Source: Chlamydiota bacterium (GTDB lineage: Bacteria > Auribacterota > Tritonobacteria > UBA1439). From it: a DNA stretch of 34,047 bases. Below are positions 26,239 through 34,047 of the stretch, one piece after another (position 1 is the stretch's first letter; every line of letters begins with the position of its first letter). Position numbers and translations under genes: made by a program. The notes beneath the pieces were generated by a model that ran no database searches, was not told the DNA's origin, and saw only the letters and a program-made list of their open reading frames with translations. The stretch spans positions 1 to 34,047 of the forward strand of contig JBAXOY010000020.1 of NCBI GenBank assembly GCA_037133055.1. Direction: 5' to 3'.

Positions 26239-27082
26239 TTGCAGACGTTGTATATAACTTTCTCTCCCTCAATATATTCCGGCCCTATTCGTCCCCCCTG
26301 ATTTTTTCTGTAATATAATCCCTCTTTCCTCGACTAATAAGGTGGGAGGGATAAACATGCCTTCGCGAGCAAGAAGACACCAACTCAACGGTACATTGGT
26401 CTTTCACGCCTATAACCGAAGCAACAATCGTATCCCCATCTTCACCCGGAACGAGGATTTCAGACATTTCATCGGCCTGCTAAAAAACTACAGGGACCGC
26501 TTTTATCTGAAGATCTATCACTGGAGCTTGATGCACACCCACTTTCATCTTCTCCTCGAGTTGGCCGACCCCCGTGAGATCTCACGTTTGATGTCGGGCA
26601 TAAATCGGGCGTACACCCATTATCATCATAAGGTCCACGGGACATCCGGGCTCTTGTGGCAGGGAAGATTTGGACTTCAGCCGATACAAAAGGAGCCATA
26701 CCTGAAGGCATGCGGGAGGTATATCGAGAGAAATCCCGTGCGCGCGAATATCATCCAGAACGCATGGGAGTATCAGTTCAGCAGCGCGAGGTTTTACTGC
26801 CTCGGTTTCAACGATGGAGTCACACACGAAAATCCGCTGTTCGCGCGATATGGAGCAACCATCAGCCTGAGAAGAAGCCATTACACAGAGTATCTTCGTG
26901 ATTTCAGTGCCGAGGAGGAAGGATTATTTAGAAACGATCCGCAGCCCGTAGGTGATGAACATTTTATTCGTCGTCTGCGGTTCATTGACGGGCGCTATCT
27001 CCCTGTCGGGAGAGGGCACCCAAGGGGAACGAATAGAGTCATAACTTCCTATGGGGGTTGATGATAGATACAACGTCTACAA
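26239..27082 (+). mobile_element. RAYT-carrying element bounded by imperfect 18-bp inverted repeats
   Basis: Left ttgcagacgttgtatata (26239-26256) and right tagatacaacgtctacaa (27065-27082) are complementary at 16/18 positions. The enclosed DNA is visibly lower in GC. Confidence 0.65.
26357..27061 (+). CDS. REP-associated tyrosine transposase (RAYT; Y1_Tnp/IS200-like HUH)
   Basis: FH..NR.NNR..IF...EDF, LMHTHFHLL (HUH), LWQGRF, RYIERNPVRA (catalytic Tyr), WEYQFSS. GGAGGG RBS. Confidence 0.92.
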   Translation: MPSRARRHQLNGTLVFHAYNRSNNRIPIFTRNEDFRHFIGLLKNYRDRFYLKIYHWSLMHTHFHLLLELADPREISRLMSGINRAYTHYHHKVHGTSGLLWQGRFGLQPIQKEPYLKACGRYIERNPVRANIIQNAWEYQFSSARFYCLGFNDGVTHENPLFARYGATISLRRSHYTEYLRDFSAEEEGLFRNDPQPVGDEHFIRRLRFIDGRYLPVGRGHPRGTNRVITSYGG

Positions 27083-27085
27083 TGG

Positions 27086-28114
27086 TCAATCCAGTTCGTG
27101 GATGTCGTTGATGACGTACCAGGTCACCAGGGCGGTGACCTCGGCGAGCTTCTCGGCCTCCTCCGACCGTACCATGACGAGCCCGTAGTGCCGGCAGACC
27201 GACTTCAACCGGCGGATGATCTTCCGGACCGAGTTCTTGTTCGAGTGCATGATCCACCGGGCCACCCCGGAGACGATCGCCTCCCGGTACCGCCTGAGGA
27301 AGTCGGCGGCGGGCACGTGGTACTCCCTGCGGCGCACCCGGCGCAGGAAGATCTGCCCGAGGTCCTTGATGTAATCCTCCATCTCCTGCTCGCCCAGCGC
27401 CGCCACCGCCTCCACGTCGTAGAGTTCCGCCAAAGTCCGCCGCTCCTTGCGGGCGGGGGCGTCGTAGGCGATCCTCCTCGCCGTGGGCGCAGTCGCGCCG
27501 ATCCCCTTCATGATGATGTCGACGTAGATGAGCTTCTCGATCGCGTCCCACCCCTTGTAGCGCCGGCGCCAGTTGATGCCCGGCGTGAGCCAAACGGCGA
27601 ACGACTCGGCCCAGTCGTCGTCGGGATGGCGCTGCGCGTAGACGAGGTCGAGGTGCTGCACGTGCTTCTTGCTCCACGGCTTCGTGCGGTAGCGCTTCGG
27701 GTAGCGCTTCGAGAAGTCGCCGAAGATCTCGCGCCAATCCTTGCGCTCGTGCAGCCGGTAGGCGTAGTTTATGGCATGGCCCGTCTCGTGCCGGAGGATC
27801 TTCATGATCTCAGCCTCTCCCTCCACCTCGGCGTAGTACTCCCGGTGCAACGCCGTGAGCTCCGGGCTTCCGAGGTAGAAGGGGACCTCGATGCAGATCG
27901 TGCCGTCCACACAGCCCCACCCGTCGTCGATATCCGCGCCGAGATAGAAGCGGGGCCTGAATTTGATCTTCCTCGCCTCGAGCTCCCGGTAGTGCGCGAG
28001 GATGCAGTCCCTCAGGCTCCCCTCGATCTTGGGGGGAAGGTCGCAGACGCGCGTGTTGAGGAGCTCGTACTGCCGGATCTCCCTCAGTGATTTCACTACC
28101 CTTTTAGCGGTCAT
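27086..28114 (-). CDS. Putative zinc-binding metallopeptidase (zincin, Peptidase_Mx-like)
   Basis: PFYL, LRHETGHAINYAYRL (HExxH), YAQRHPDDDWAESFAVWLTP, W...Y.GW.A..KL.YVD. Confidence 0.85.
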   Translation of the reverse strand: MTAKRVVKSLREIRQYELLNTRVCDLPPKIEGSLRDCILAHYRELEARKIKFRPRFYLGADIDDGWGCVDGTICIEVPFYLGSPELTALHREYYAEVEGEAEIMKILRHETGHAINYAYRLHERKDWREIFGDFSKRYPKRYRTKPWSKKHVQHLDLVYAQRHPDDDWAESFAVWLTPGINWRRRYKGWDAIEKLIYVDIIMKGIGATAPTARRIAYDAPARKERRTLAELYDVEAVAALGEQEMEDYIKDLGQIFLRRVRRREYHVPAADFLRRYREAIVSGVARWIMHSNKNSVRKIIRRLKSVCRHYGLVMVRSEEAEKLAEVTALVTWYVINDIHELD

Positions 28115-28136
28115 TTCCGTCGTGCCACTCCGTATA

Positions 28137-28898
28137 TCAGTGTTGGGATTTTGGATTTTGGATTTTGGATTTTATATACGGCTTGTTCCCCACCCGCAGC
28201 TCCTTGAAATAGACATAGTACCCCGATAGGGCGGCGGACAGCATGAACCAGTTCCGCATCCGGTAGGTCATCGACACCCGCTTGAGGGCGAAGAGATCGC
28301 CGTCGGGCCACAGCCTCCCCGGCGAGTTGCAGCACGCCGCGCGATACCCCGCCGCCTCGACCATGTCGCGGACCGCCCTGTTGAAGAAGCCGTACGGGTA
28401 GCAGAAGGTCGAAACTTCCTCCCCCAGCCCGTCCTCGAGGATCTTCTTGCTCTCCTCGATCTCCCGCTTTGCCTCCCCGGGGGGGAGCTCTGTCAGGCGC
28501 GGGTGGCTCACCGTGTGCGCGCCGAATGAAACCCCCGACCTCCGCATCTCCCTGATCTCCTCCCACCCGACATAGTCTTTCATCCCGATCCTGCCGGCGA
28601 CCAGGAACATCGTCGCCGGCACCCGAAAGCGGCGGAGGAGCGGGAACGCCATGAGATAGTTGTCGCGCCAGCCGTCGTCGAACGTGATCACGATCCTGCG
28701 TGGGGGCACCCCGATCCCCGCGCGCATCTCCTCCGCGAGGGAGGCAAGGTCGGCCACCGAGTACCCGCCGATTTTCATAAAATCGAGCTGGTGTTCGAAA
28801 AGCGCCGGGTCGAGGTAGGAGCGCGACGGGCGGCCGATCCCCCCCATGTGGTGGTACAACAGTATCGGGACAAGCCTCCCGGGCACATAGCGCATCAT
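28137..28898 (-). CDS. Polysaccharide deacetylase (NodB/CE4)
   Basis: PILLYHH, ITFDDG, GAHTVSHPRL, FCYPYG. Confidence 0.9.
   Translation of the reverse strand: MMRYVPGRLVPILLYHHMGGIGRPSRSYLDPALFEHQLDFMKIGGYSVADLASLAEEMRAGIGVPPRRIVITFDDGWRDNYLMAFPLLRRFRVPATMFLVAGRIGMKDYVGWEEIREMRRSGVSFGAHTVSHPRLTELPPGEAKREIEESKKILEDGLGEEVSTFCYPYGFFNRAVRDMVEAAGYRAACCNSPGRLWPDGDLFALKRVSMTYRMRNWFMLSAALSGYYVYFKELRVGNKPYIKSKIQNPKSQH
28144..28171. repeat. 7-bp tandem array (TTGGATT)x4
   Basis: tgggatt-ttggatt-ttggatt-ttggatt; encodes the deacetylase tail KSKIQNPKSQH. Confidence 0.8.
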
Positions 28899-29785
28899 GC
28901 GCCCGCCTCCCCGGCGACGGCCTTGAGGCCCTCCGCCACCCCGGTAAAGCGCACGCCGAGCTCCCGCGCTGCCTTCCGGTTGTCCAACGAGTTGTCCTTC
29001 GGCCGCGGCATCAGGTTTCTCATCTCCTCCATTCGGACGGGGCGGAGCAGCCGTTCCGGGTAGCCGAATACGGCGGCCGCCTTTCGCCCGAGTTCATAGC
29101 GGTTCATCCTCTCGGGGCCCGCGAGATGGTAGATGCCGGAAAACTCCGGCATCTCGATCATCCGCCCCACAACGCGGCACGCATCGAGGACGTACAGGGG
29201 CGTGCGGTACTGGTCGGTGAAGAGGTCCACCGGCTCTCCCTTACCGAGACGGCTCCGCATCCAACCGAGAAAGGAGCCGTGCGCCCCCGTGCCCATCCCG
29301 TACATGAGCGAGAGCCGCGCGACCACGCCCGAGGGATGGAGGCCCAGTGTCCACCGCTCGCCGTCGAGCTTTGTCTCCCCGTAGACGCTCATCGGGCAGG
29401 GCTCGTCCCCTTCGGTGTACATCCCCTCTCTCCCGTCGAAAACCATATCGGATGAAAAATAGACGAGGCGGGCGCCCATTTCGGCCGCGACGGTTGCGAT
29501 GCGTTTCGTCGCCTCCCCGTTCACCCTGCGCGCCATTTCCGGATCCCGCTCGCAAAGGTCCACATCGATGAGCGCCGCGGCATGAATCACCACGTCGGGC
29601 CTGAAGCGTGTGACCACGGCCTCGATGTCGTCGCCGCCGGCGAGATCCAGTCTCTCCATCGGGCATCCCGGGATTTCGACGGGATTGTGGGCGAAGGTCC
29701 CCCGGAGTTCATACGCGCTCTTCAAGCTCGCCGCGAGGTTCCAGCCGAGGAAGCCGCTCGCGCCCGTGATCAGGATTCTTTTCAT
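28895..29785 (-). CDS. SDR oxidoreductase, dTDP-4-dehydrorhamnose reductase (RmlD)-like
   Basis: ILITGASGFLG, IHAAA, VDLCE, SSDMVFDG, YGETK (YxxxK), FTDQYRTP, RPKDNSLD. Confidence 0.85.
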   Translation of the reverse strand: MKRILITGASGFLGWNLAASLKSAYELRGTFAHNPVEIPGCPMERLDLAGGDDIEAVVTRFRPDVVIHAAALIDVDLCERDPEMARRVNGEATKRIATVAAEMGARLVYFSSDMVFDGREGMYTEGDEPCPMSVYGETKLDGERWTLGLHPSGVVARLSLMYGMGTGAHGSFLGWMRSRLGKGEPVDLFTDQYRTPLYVLDACRVVGRMIEMPEFSGIYHLAGPERMNRYELGRKAAAVFGYPERLLRPVRMEEMRNLMPRPKDNSLDNRKAARELGVRFTGVAEGLKAVAGEAGA

Positions 29786-30045
29786 GGTGATGCAGAAGGC
29801 CTCGTTGGGACACCGGGTCATGGCGAGATAGTATATACCAACCCGTCCGTAAAGCGTGAGGGCATCTCGCGTTCGGGGGAAAATATATTTTATTACACGG
29901 TGTCGCAATAAGTTATGACTATCACTCCCGCCCGGCTTCATCCTCTTCCGCCGGCGCCTGTTCCCCCCTCCGTGGAATTACGCTATACTGGAAACCTGTC
30001 CGGGTATTCGGACAGGCTCCCAGGCTACCCGGGCGAGTACACCCC

Positions 30046-30600
30046 ATGAAAAAGCCGCGCATGCTTCTCCATATCTGCTGCGCCCCCTGCGCAACGCACG
30101 TCTTCAACGTCCTCGCCCGTGACTATACCGTGACCGGCTGCTTCTATAATCCGAACATCCATCCTCCAAAAGAATACGCCCTGCGGCTGGCCTCGGCGGA
30201 GCGCCACTGCCGCGAATCATCCCTGCCGCTCATCGTCCAGGAGTATCGACCCCGCGACTGGTTCAGTTTCGTCAAGGGTCTGGAGCCGGAACCCGAAGGG
30301 GGGGGCCGCTGCGCGCGCTGCTTTCTCATGCGCCTCGACGAAACAGCCCGCGCCGCGGCGGCGCTCGGGTTCAGCCGCTTCGCGACCACGCTCACCATAA
30401 GCCCCCACAAGAATGCCGCCCTGATCAACCGGATCGGGAGGGAGGCGGGCGCGCGCCACGGGGTCCCGTTCCACGAGGCGGACTTCAAAAAAGGGGACGG
30501 CTACGGGGAGAGCTGCCGGATAAGCCGGGCCTGCGGGCTTTACCGTCAGAACTACTGCGGCTGCATCTTCAGCGTGCCGGCGAGGCGCGCAAATCGTTAG
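30046..30600 (+). CDS. queH: Epoxyqueuosine reductase QueH (DUF208)
   Basis: LLHICCAPC, FYNPNIHP..EY..R, EPEGGGRC..C...RL, TTL.ISPHK, YRQNYCGC.FS. Confidence 0.93.
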   Translation: MKKPRMLLHICCAPCATHVFNVLARDYTVTGCFYNPNIHPPKEYALRLASAERHCRESSLPLIVQEYRPRDWFSFVKGLEPEPEGGGRCARCFLMRLDETARAAAALGFSRFATTLTISPHKNAALINRIGREAGARHGVPFHEADFKKGDGYGESCRISRACGLYRQNYCGCIFSVPARRANR

Positions 30601-30607
30601 GCGCCCT

Positions 30608-31045
30608 TTATTTCTCCTTGTCCTCCGACACCTCGCCGACGTCGCTCACGGACTCCAGGACATGCGGGGCCGCGTACATTTTCGCCCCGCCCAGCAGGGC
30701 GACGGCGAGGCAGTCGCTCGGCCGCGCATCGATCTCGAAAATTCTTTTCCCCTCCGGGCCGTCGTCGCGCAGGAACAGGCGCGCGAAAAACGTGTTGTCC
30801 CTGAGGTCGTTGATCACCACCTTCTCGACGTCTATCTCGAGCCCCTTGAGAATGCTGATCAGGAGATCGTGCGTAAGGGGCCGCGTCCGTGGAGTCCCCT
30901 CCCTATACATGGCAACGGCGGCCCCCACATCCTGATCGACGTAGATCACGAAGGTCTTCCCCCCGCCATGCAGGAACACCGCGAACCCGTTGCCAGTCGG
31001 GACGATGCTGCGCAGGGTGACTTCCACGAGGTTGTTTGTCATCAT
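30608..31045 (-). CDS. Bifunctional nuclease family protein (DUF151)
   Basis: RPLTHDL, INDLRDNTFFARL, IDARPSD. Confidence 0.92.
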   Translation of the reverse strand: MMTNNLVEVTLRSIVPTGNGFAVFLHGGGKTFVIYVDQDVGAAVAMYREGTPRTRPLTHDLLISILKGLEIDVEKVVINDLRDNTFFARLFLRDDGPEGKRIFEIDARPSDCLAVALLGGAKMYAAPHVLESVSDVGEVSEDKEK

Positions 31046-31554
31046 CCCTCGCGTTTCAGATCGATCTTCCCAAACGCCTTCTCCACCGCCTCGACGGGCG
31101 TCGACGCCGTGACGAATCCCGCGCCTCCCCGGTCGATCTTCCCGACATCCCAGGTCCCCAGCCCCACGAGAGGCACCCCAAGGTTCAGCGCATAGGCGAT
31201 CTCCGAGAGGGTGCCGTACGCTCCCCCGATTGCGATGAGCACGTGCGCGGTCCGCACGATGATGATATTTCTCGCGTAGCTCATCCCCGTGACGATCGGA
31301 ATATCGATGTGCGGGTTGGCCTGGCGCCGGTCATCCCCCGGCAGCACGCCGATCGTGAGCCCCCCCTCCTCCCTTGCCCCGCGCGCGGCCTCCGCCATCA
31401 CGCCGCTCAAGCCCCCGCAGATGAGCACCGCCCCACGCCGCGCGATAAGCCGGCCGACCTCGCAGGCGTCGCCCGCCGCCCGCCGGTCCGGCCTCGACGC
31501 CCCTATGACTCCGACGAGTATGGATCGCGCCCTCACTATTTCATTTTTTCCCAT
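31042..31554 (-). CDS. TIGR00725 family protein (LOG/Rossmann-like nucleotide-binding)
   Basis: GVIG, CGGLSGVM, GGLTIGVLPG, TGMSYARN, GGAYGTLSEI. Confidence 0.9.
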   Translation of the reverse strand: MGKNEIVRARSILVGVIGASRPDRRAAGDACEVGRLIARRGAVLICGGLSGVMAEAARGAREEGGLTIGVLPGDDRRQANPHIDIPIVTGMSYARNIIIVRTAHVLIAIGGAYGTLSEIAYALNLGVPLVGLGTWDVGKIDRGGAGFVTASTPVEAVEKAFGKIDLKREG

Positions 31555-31629
31555 GCGGTTCCCCTCGACTCACCCTTCCCGATCTCGCACTCCGACACGC
31601 CGTAACACCCCTGCGCCGACACGATCTGT

Positions 31630-32337
31630 TCAGCAGCGCCCCGTGAGCCTGAGCCGCAGCGCCGCAAACAGATACTTCACGAGCGTGCCCGCAGCGAGCT
31701 TTGACTGACCGAAGGTGCGGTCGTGGAACACGATCGGCACCTCGGTGATCCTCATCCTCCTGCGTGAGCACCGGTACAGCGTCTCCGCGACGATGAACGG
31801 ATCGTGCGCGCGGAGCGGCTCGGCCATGATCGCTGTGAGCGCCTCCCGCGTATAGCACCTGAACCCGGAGGTCGGGTCTTTTACCTTCACCCCGAGCACG
31901 ATCCCCAGGTACCTCCGTGCCAGCGCGCTCACCACCCTTCGGATACGGCTCCGGTCCTCGTCCCTGCCTCCGTGGATGTAGCGCGAGCCGATCACGAGGT
32001 CCGCCGACTCGGACGCCCGCAGAAGCGCGGGAATGAACGCCGGATCGTGGGAGCCATCGCCGTCCATCTCGATGATGCGCTCCGCGCCCATATCGAGCGC
32101 GCAACGGAACCCCTCGGCCCCGGCGAGGCCCCGGCCCCGGTCTTTTGTGCGGAGCAGGAGGTGGACGCGCGGCATCACCTTCGCCTCCTCCTCGACGAGC
32201 CGGGCTGTTCCGTCGGGCGAGTCGTCATCCACGACGAGGGCTTCGATATCCCTCGTCTGCTCGACCACCTCCCTGACGAGGGGAATGATCGTGGACGCCT
32301 CGTTGTAGGTGGGGATCACCGCCATTGTTCTTATCAC
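31630..32337 (-). CDS. Polyprenol-phosphate mannose synthase-like glycosyltransferase (GT2, DPM1-like)
   Basis: IPTYNE, VDDDSPDGT, EMDGDGSHDP, IGSRY, DPTSGFRCY, EVPIVF.DR..G.SKL. Confidence 0.88.
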   Translation of the reverse strand: MIRTMAVIPTYNEASTIIPLVREVVEQTRDIEALVVDDDSPDGTARLVEEEAKVMPRVHLLLRTKDRGRGLAGAEGFRCALDMGAERIIEMDGDGSHDPAFIPALLRASESADLVIGSRYIHGGRDEDRSRIRRVVSALARRYLGIVLGVKVKDPTSGFRCYTREALTAIMAEPLRAHDPFIVAETLYRCSRRRMRITEVPIVFHDRTFGQSKLAAGTLVKYLFAALRLRLTGRC

Positions 32338-32385
32338 GGAAAATACCTCCCTGCCCGCGCGCAGTTCCCGGGAGACTGTCCGGGG

Positions 32386-33519
32386 CTACCGTTTCAGGAG
32401 TTTGTCGACCGCGGCCGCCACCGTCTCCGCGGGGATCCGCTCCATGCAGGAGGGGGTCCGGTCGCATTCGCGGAGATAGCAGCACGCGCAGTCCACGTCC
32501 GGGACTATCTTGATGCCGCGGCCGTAGGTATCGATCTCCGCGGCCGAGGTCGGCCCGAAAAGCCCCACAACCTTCTTCCCGAGCCCGAGCGCCGCGTGGA
32601 GCCCCAGGCTGTCGCTCGTCACCAGAAGGTCGCACAGGCCGACAAGGGACATGAATTCGCGAAGGCTGTTGCCGCACCCCGTGTCGACAAGCGCCGGCCC
32701 CGCGGCTTTCCTGATCGCGGCGTTCCGCGCGACCTCCTCCTCGCCCCCGAAGAGGAGCACCCGCGTCCGGCCGCCCCCGGAGAGCCGCCGGATCAACTCG
32801 GCGCATCGGGCGACCGGCCACTGCTTCATGCGCCAGCGGCTCCCGCTTCCCGTGTTCACACCGACGACCGCGACACCCCTCCTCCCCCCCTCGACGGGAA
32901 GGCCGGCGCGGGCGGCGAAACGGCGCGCGAACTCCCTCTCCGCCTCCGTGAGTCTCACCGTGATCTCGTGCCGCAACCCCTCGAGGCCGCAGATCCCCAT
33001 CACGATATCCTGGTAGGTCCGACGGTTCGCCTTCTTCAGATCGTCGAATATCCCCATCAAAAACCATCCCCGCGCCTCGGAAGTGAAGGGGACCACGCGG
33101 CCTTTCGTGTCGACGCCGAACCCTCTTTTCTCTTTCGCCCGGGAGAGGCTGCCGAGCGCGGCGCTCCGCGGCGCCGCGTCAAGGCAGAGCGTGAGGTCGA
33201 ATCGCTCAACTCCCAGCGCGGCGAGGGCGTCGGGGCCGTACGGCACCACCCTGTCGATGAAGGGGTTGTGCTCCAGGAGGGGGATCGCGGCGGGCATGGT
33301 GATCCAGGTGATCTGCGAGCCCGGGTACTTCTCCCTGATCGCGGGCAGGATGCAGGTCGTGCGGAGAACGTCGCCCAGCGCGTCGAGCTTGATGACCAGG
33401 ACCCGCTTTTTCAACGGATCGTAGTGCAGGCACCCGCGGCAGTGCACTCCCTCGCGCTTGTGAGGGGCGCACGGCCTGTCCCATCGCATCTGACGGCAAT
33501 CGGACTTAATCCGTTCCAT
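32386..33519 (-). CDS. Glycosyltransferase family 9 (LPS heptosyltransferase-like)
   Basis: IKLDALGDVL, KQWP, TSDSLGLHAA, LFGPTS, plus N- and C-terminal Cys clusters. Confidence 0.9.
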   Translation of the reverse strand: MERIKSDCRQMRWDRPCAPHKREGVHCRGCLHYDPLKKRVLVIKLDALGDVLRTTCILPAIREKYPGSQITWITMPAAIPLLEHNPFIDRVVPYGPDALAALGVERFDLTLCLDAAPRSAALGSLSRAKEKRGFGVDTKGRVVPFTSEARGWFLMGIFDDLKKANRRTYQDIVMGICGLEGLRHEITVRLTEAEREFARRFAARAGLPVEGGRRGVAVVGVNTGSGSRWRMKQWPVARCAELIRRLSGGGRTRVLLFGGEEEVARNAAIRKAAGPALVDTGCGNSLREFMSLVGLCDLLVTSDSLGLHAALGLGKKVVGLFGPTSAAEIDTYGRGIKIVPDVDCACCYLRECDRTPSCMERIPAETVAAAVDKLLKR

Positions 33520-33527
33520 GTGCGGCT

Positions 33528-33565
33528 ATTTTACCATCCCGGGCATCGGCCTTGTATGCTAAAAT
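33528..33565. promoter_or_regulatory. Back-to-back extended -10 promoters (divergent)
   Basis: TGGTAAAAT on the minus strand (33528-33536) 8 bp before the GT9 ATG, and TGCTAAAAT on the plus strand (33557-33565). Confidence 0.45.
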
Positions 33566-33701
33566 TCTGACGCCCGGGGTCCGGGGTCCCCGGGGCTCTG
33601 CTGCCCATCGACACGACCCCTCCGGGGAGGGGCCCCGGTTCAACCTGCACGATGACGAGAATGTCGTGCATATTAACTCTTTCAACGACAACGAATAAGG
33701 A

Positions 33702-34047
33702 ATGGGGCCTGAATCCATGGCCGGACGCGGCGCGCTGTTCTCCTGCATCATTTTCATCGTCTCCCTGGCTGTGTTCTCCCTCGCCCGCACCCGGTTCATT
33801 CGCCTCGACGACCAGGGTGCCGGCCGTGCACTCCTTCTCGCGGGGGACGAGCCTTCCTACCTCCTCATCGCACACAGCCTGGTGACCGATGGTGATTTCA
33901 ATCTCTACAACAACTGCGCCGCCCGGGACGGGCGCTATTTCGGAATGGAGAAGGCGGGCGGGCACGCCGCGCGGAGGGACCTGAAAAAGCGCGAGGTCTA
34001 CTCGATCCACACGCCGGGCGTCTCGATCCTCGTCGCCCCGGCCTACG
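33702..34047 (+). CDS. Membrane glycosyltransferase, GT-C/PMT-like (N-terminal part; runs off the window)
   Basis: Manual translation: TM helix then GDEPSYLLIAHSLVTDGDFNLYNN...YSIHTPGVSILVAPAY, a DE motif in the first loop typical of GT-C enzymes. Start is 33702 or 33717. Confidence 0.75.
   Translation, partial: MGPESMAGRGALFSCIIFIVSLAVFSLARTRFIRLDDQGAGRALLLAGDEPSYLLIAHSLVTDGDFNLYNNCAARDGRYFGMEKAGGHAARRDLKKREVYSIHTPGVSILVAPAY

Noticed and set aside
31555..31629. Possible further 8-bp-period array between the GT2 and TIGR00725 genes
   Set aside because: Periodicity is too degenerate to support by eye.
33531..34010. 159-aa minus-strand ORF
   Set aside because: Antisense to the better-supported GT-C reading frame on the plus strand.

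Overview
High-GC bacterial chromosomal segment (about 65-70% GC by eye), probably from a diderm with LPS. Left to right: (1) a minus-strand, tightly coupled accessory operon: YkwB-like GNAT, cobalamin-binding radical SAM enzyme (HpnR-like), Cys-containing V4R/ATC-hydrolase-like protein, and a MacB/LolD-type ABC ATPase plus permease (truncated at the window edge); (2) a small secreted protein, an apparent cupin/chromate-transporter deletion chimera and a DUF2809 gene; (3) a minus-strand housekeeping block tRNA-Lys/Leu/Gly-tig-clpP-clpX-uppS-cdsA-dxr-rseP-ispG; (4) a DUF3108 gene and an L-Ara4N (arn) operon with split ArnA, an extra SAM methyltransferase and no arnEF, preceded by an 11-bp tandem repeat next to a good sigma70 promoter; (5) a secreted ComEC-like metallo-beta-lactamase-fold protein with a duplicated C-terminal domain and a Pro/Thr linker; (6) a lower-GC RAYT-type HUH transposase bounded by 18-bp inverted repeats; (7) a zinc metallopeptidase, polysaccharide deacetylase, RmlD-like SDR, queH, DUF151 nuclease, TIGR00725 protein, GT2, GT9 and the start of a GT-C gene. 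Several intergenic gaps carry short 7-, 8- or 9-bp tandem arrays, often as inverted pairs, and a perfect 25-bp-arm palindrome sits inside the arn operon. All family calls come from motif recognition by eye; no searches were run.
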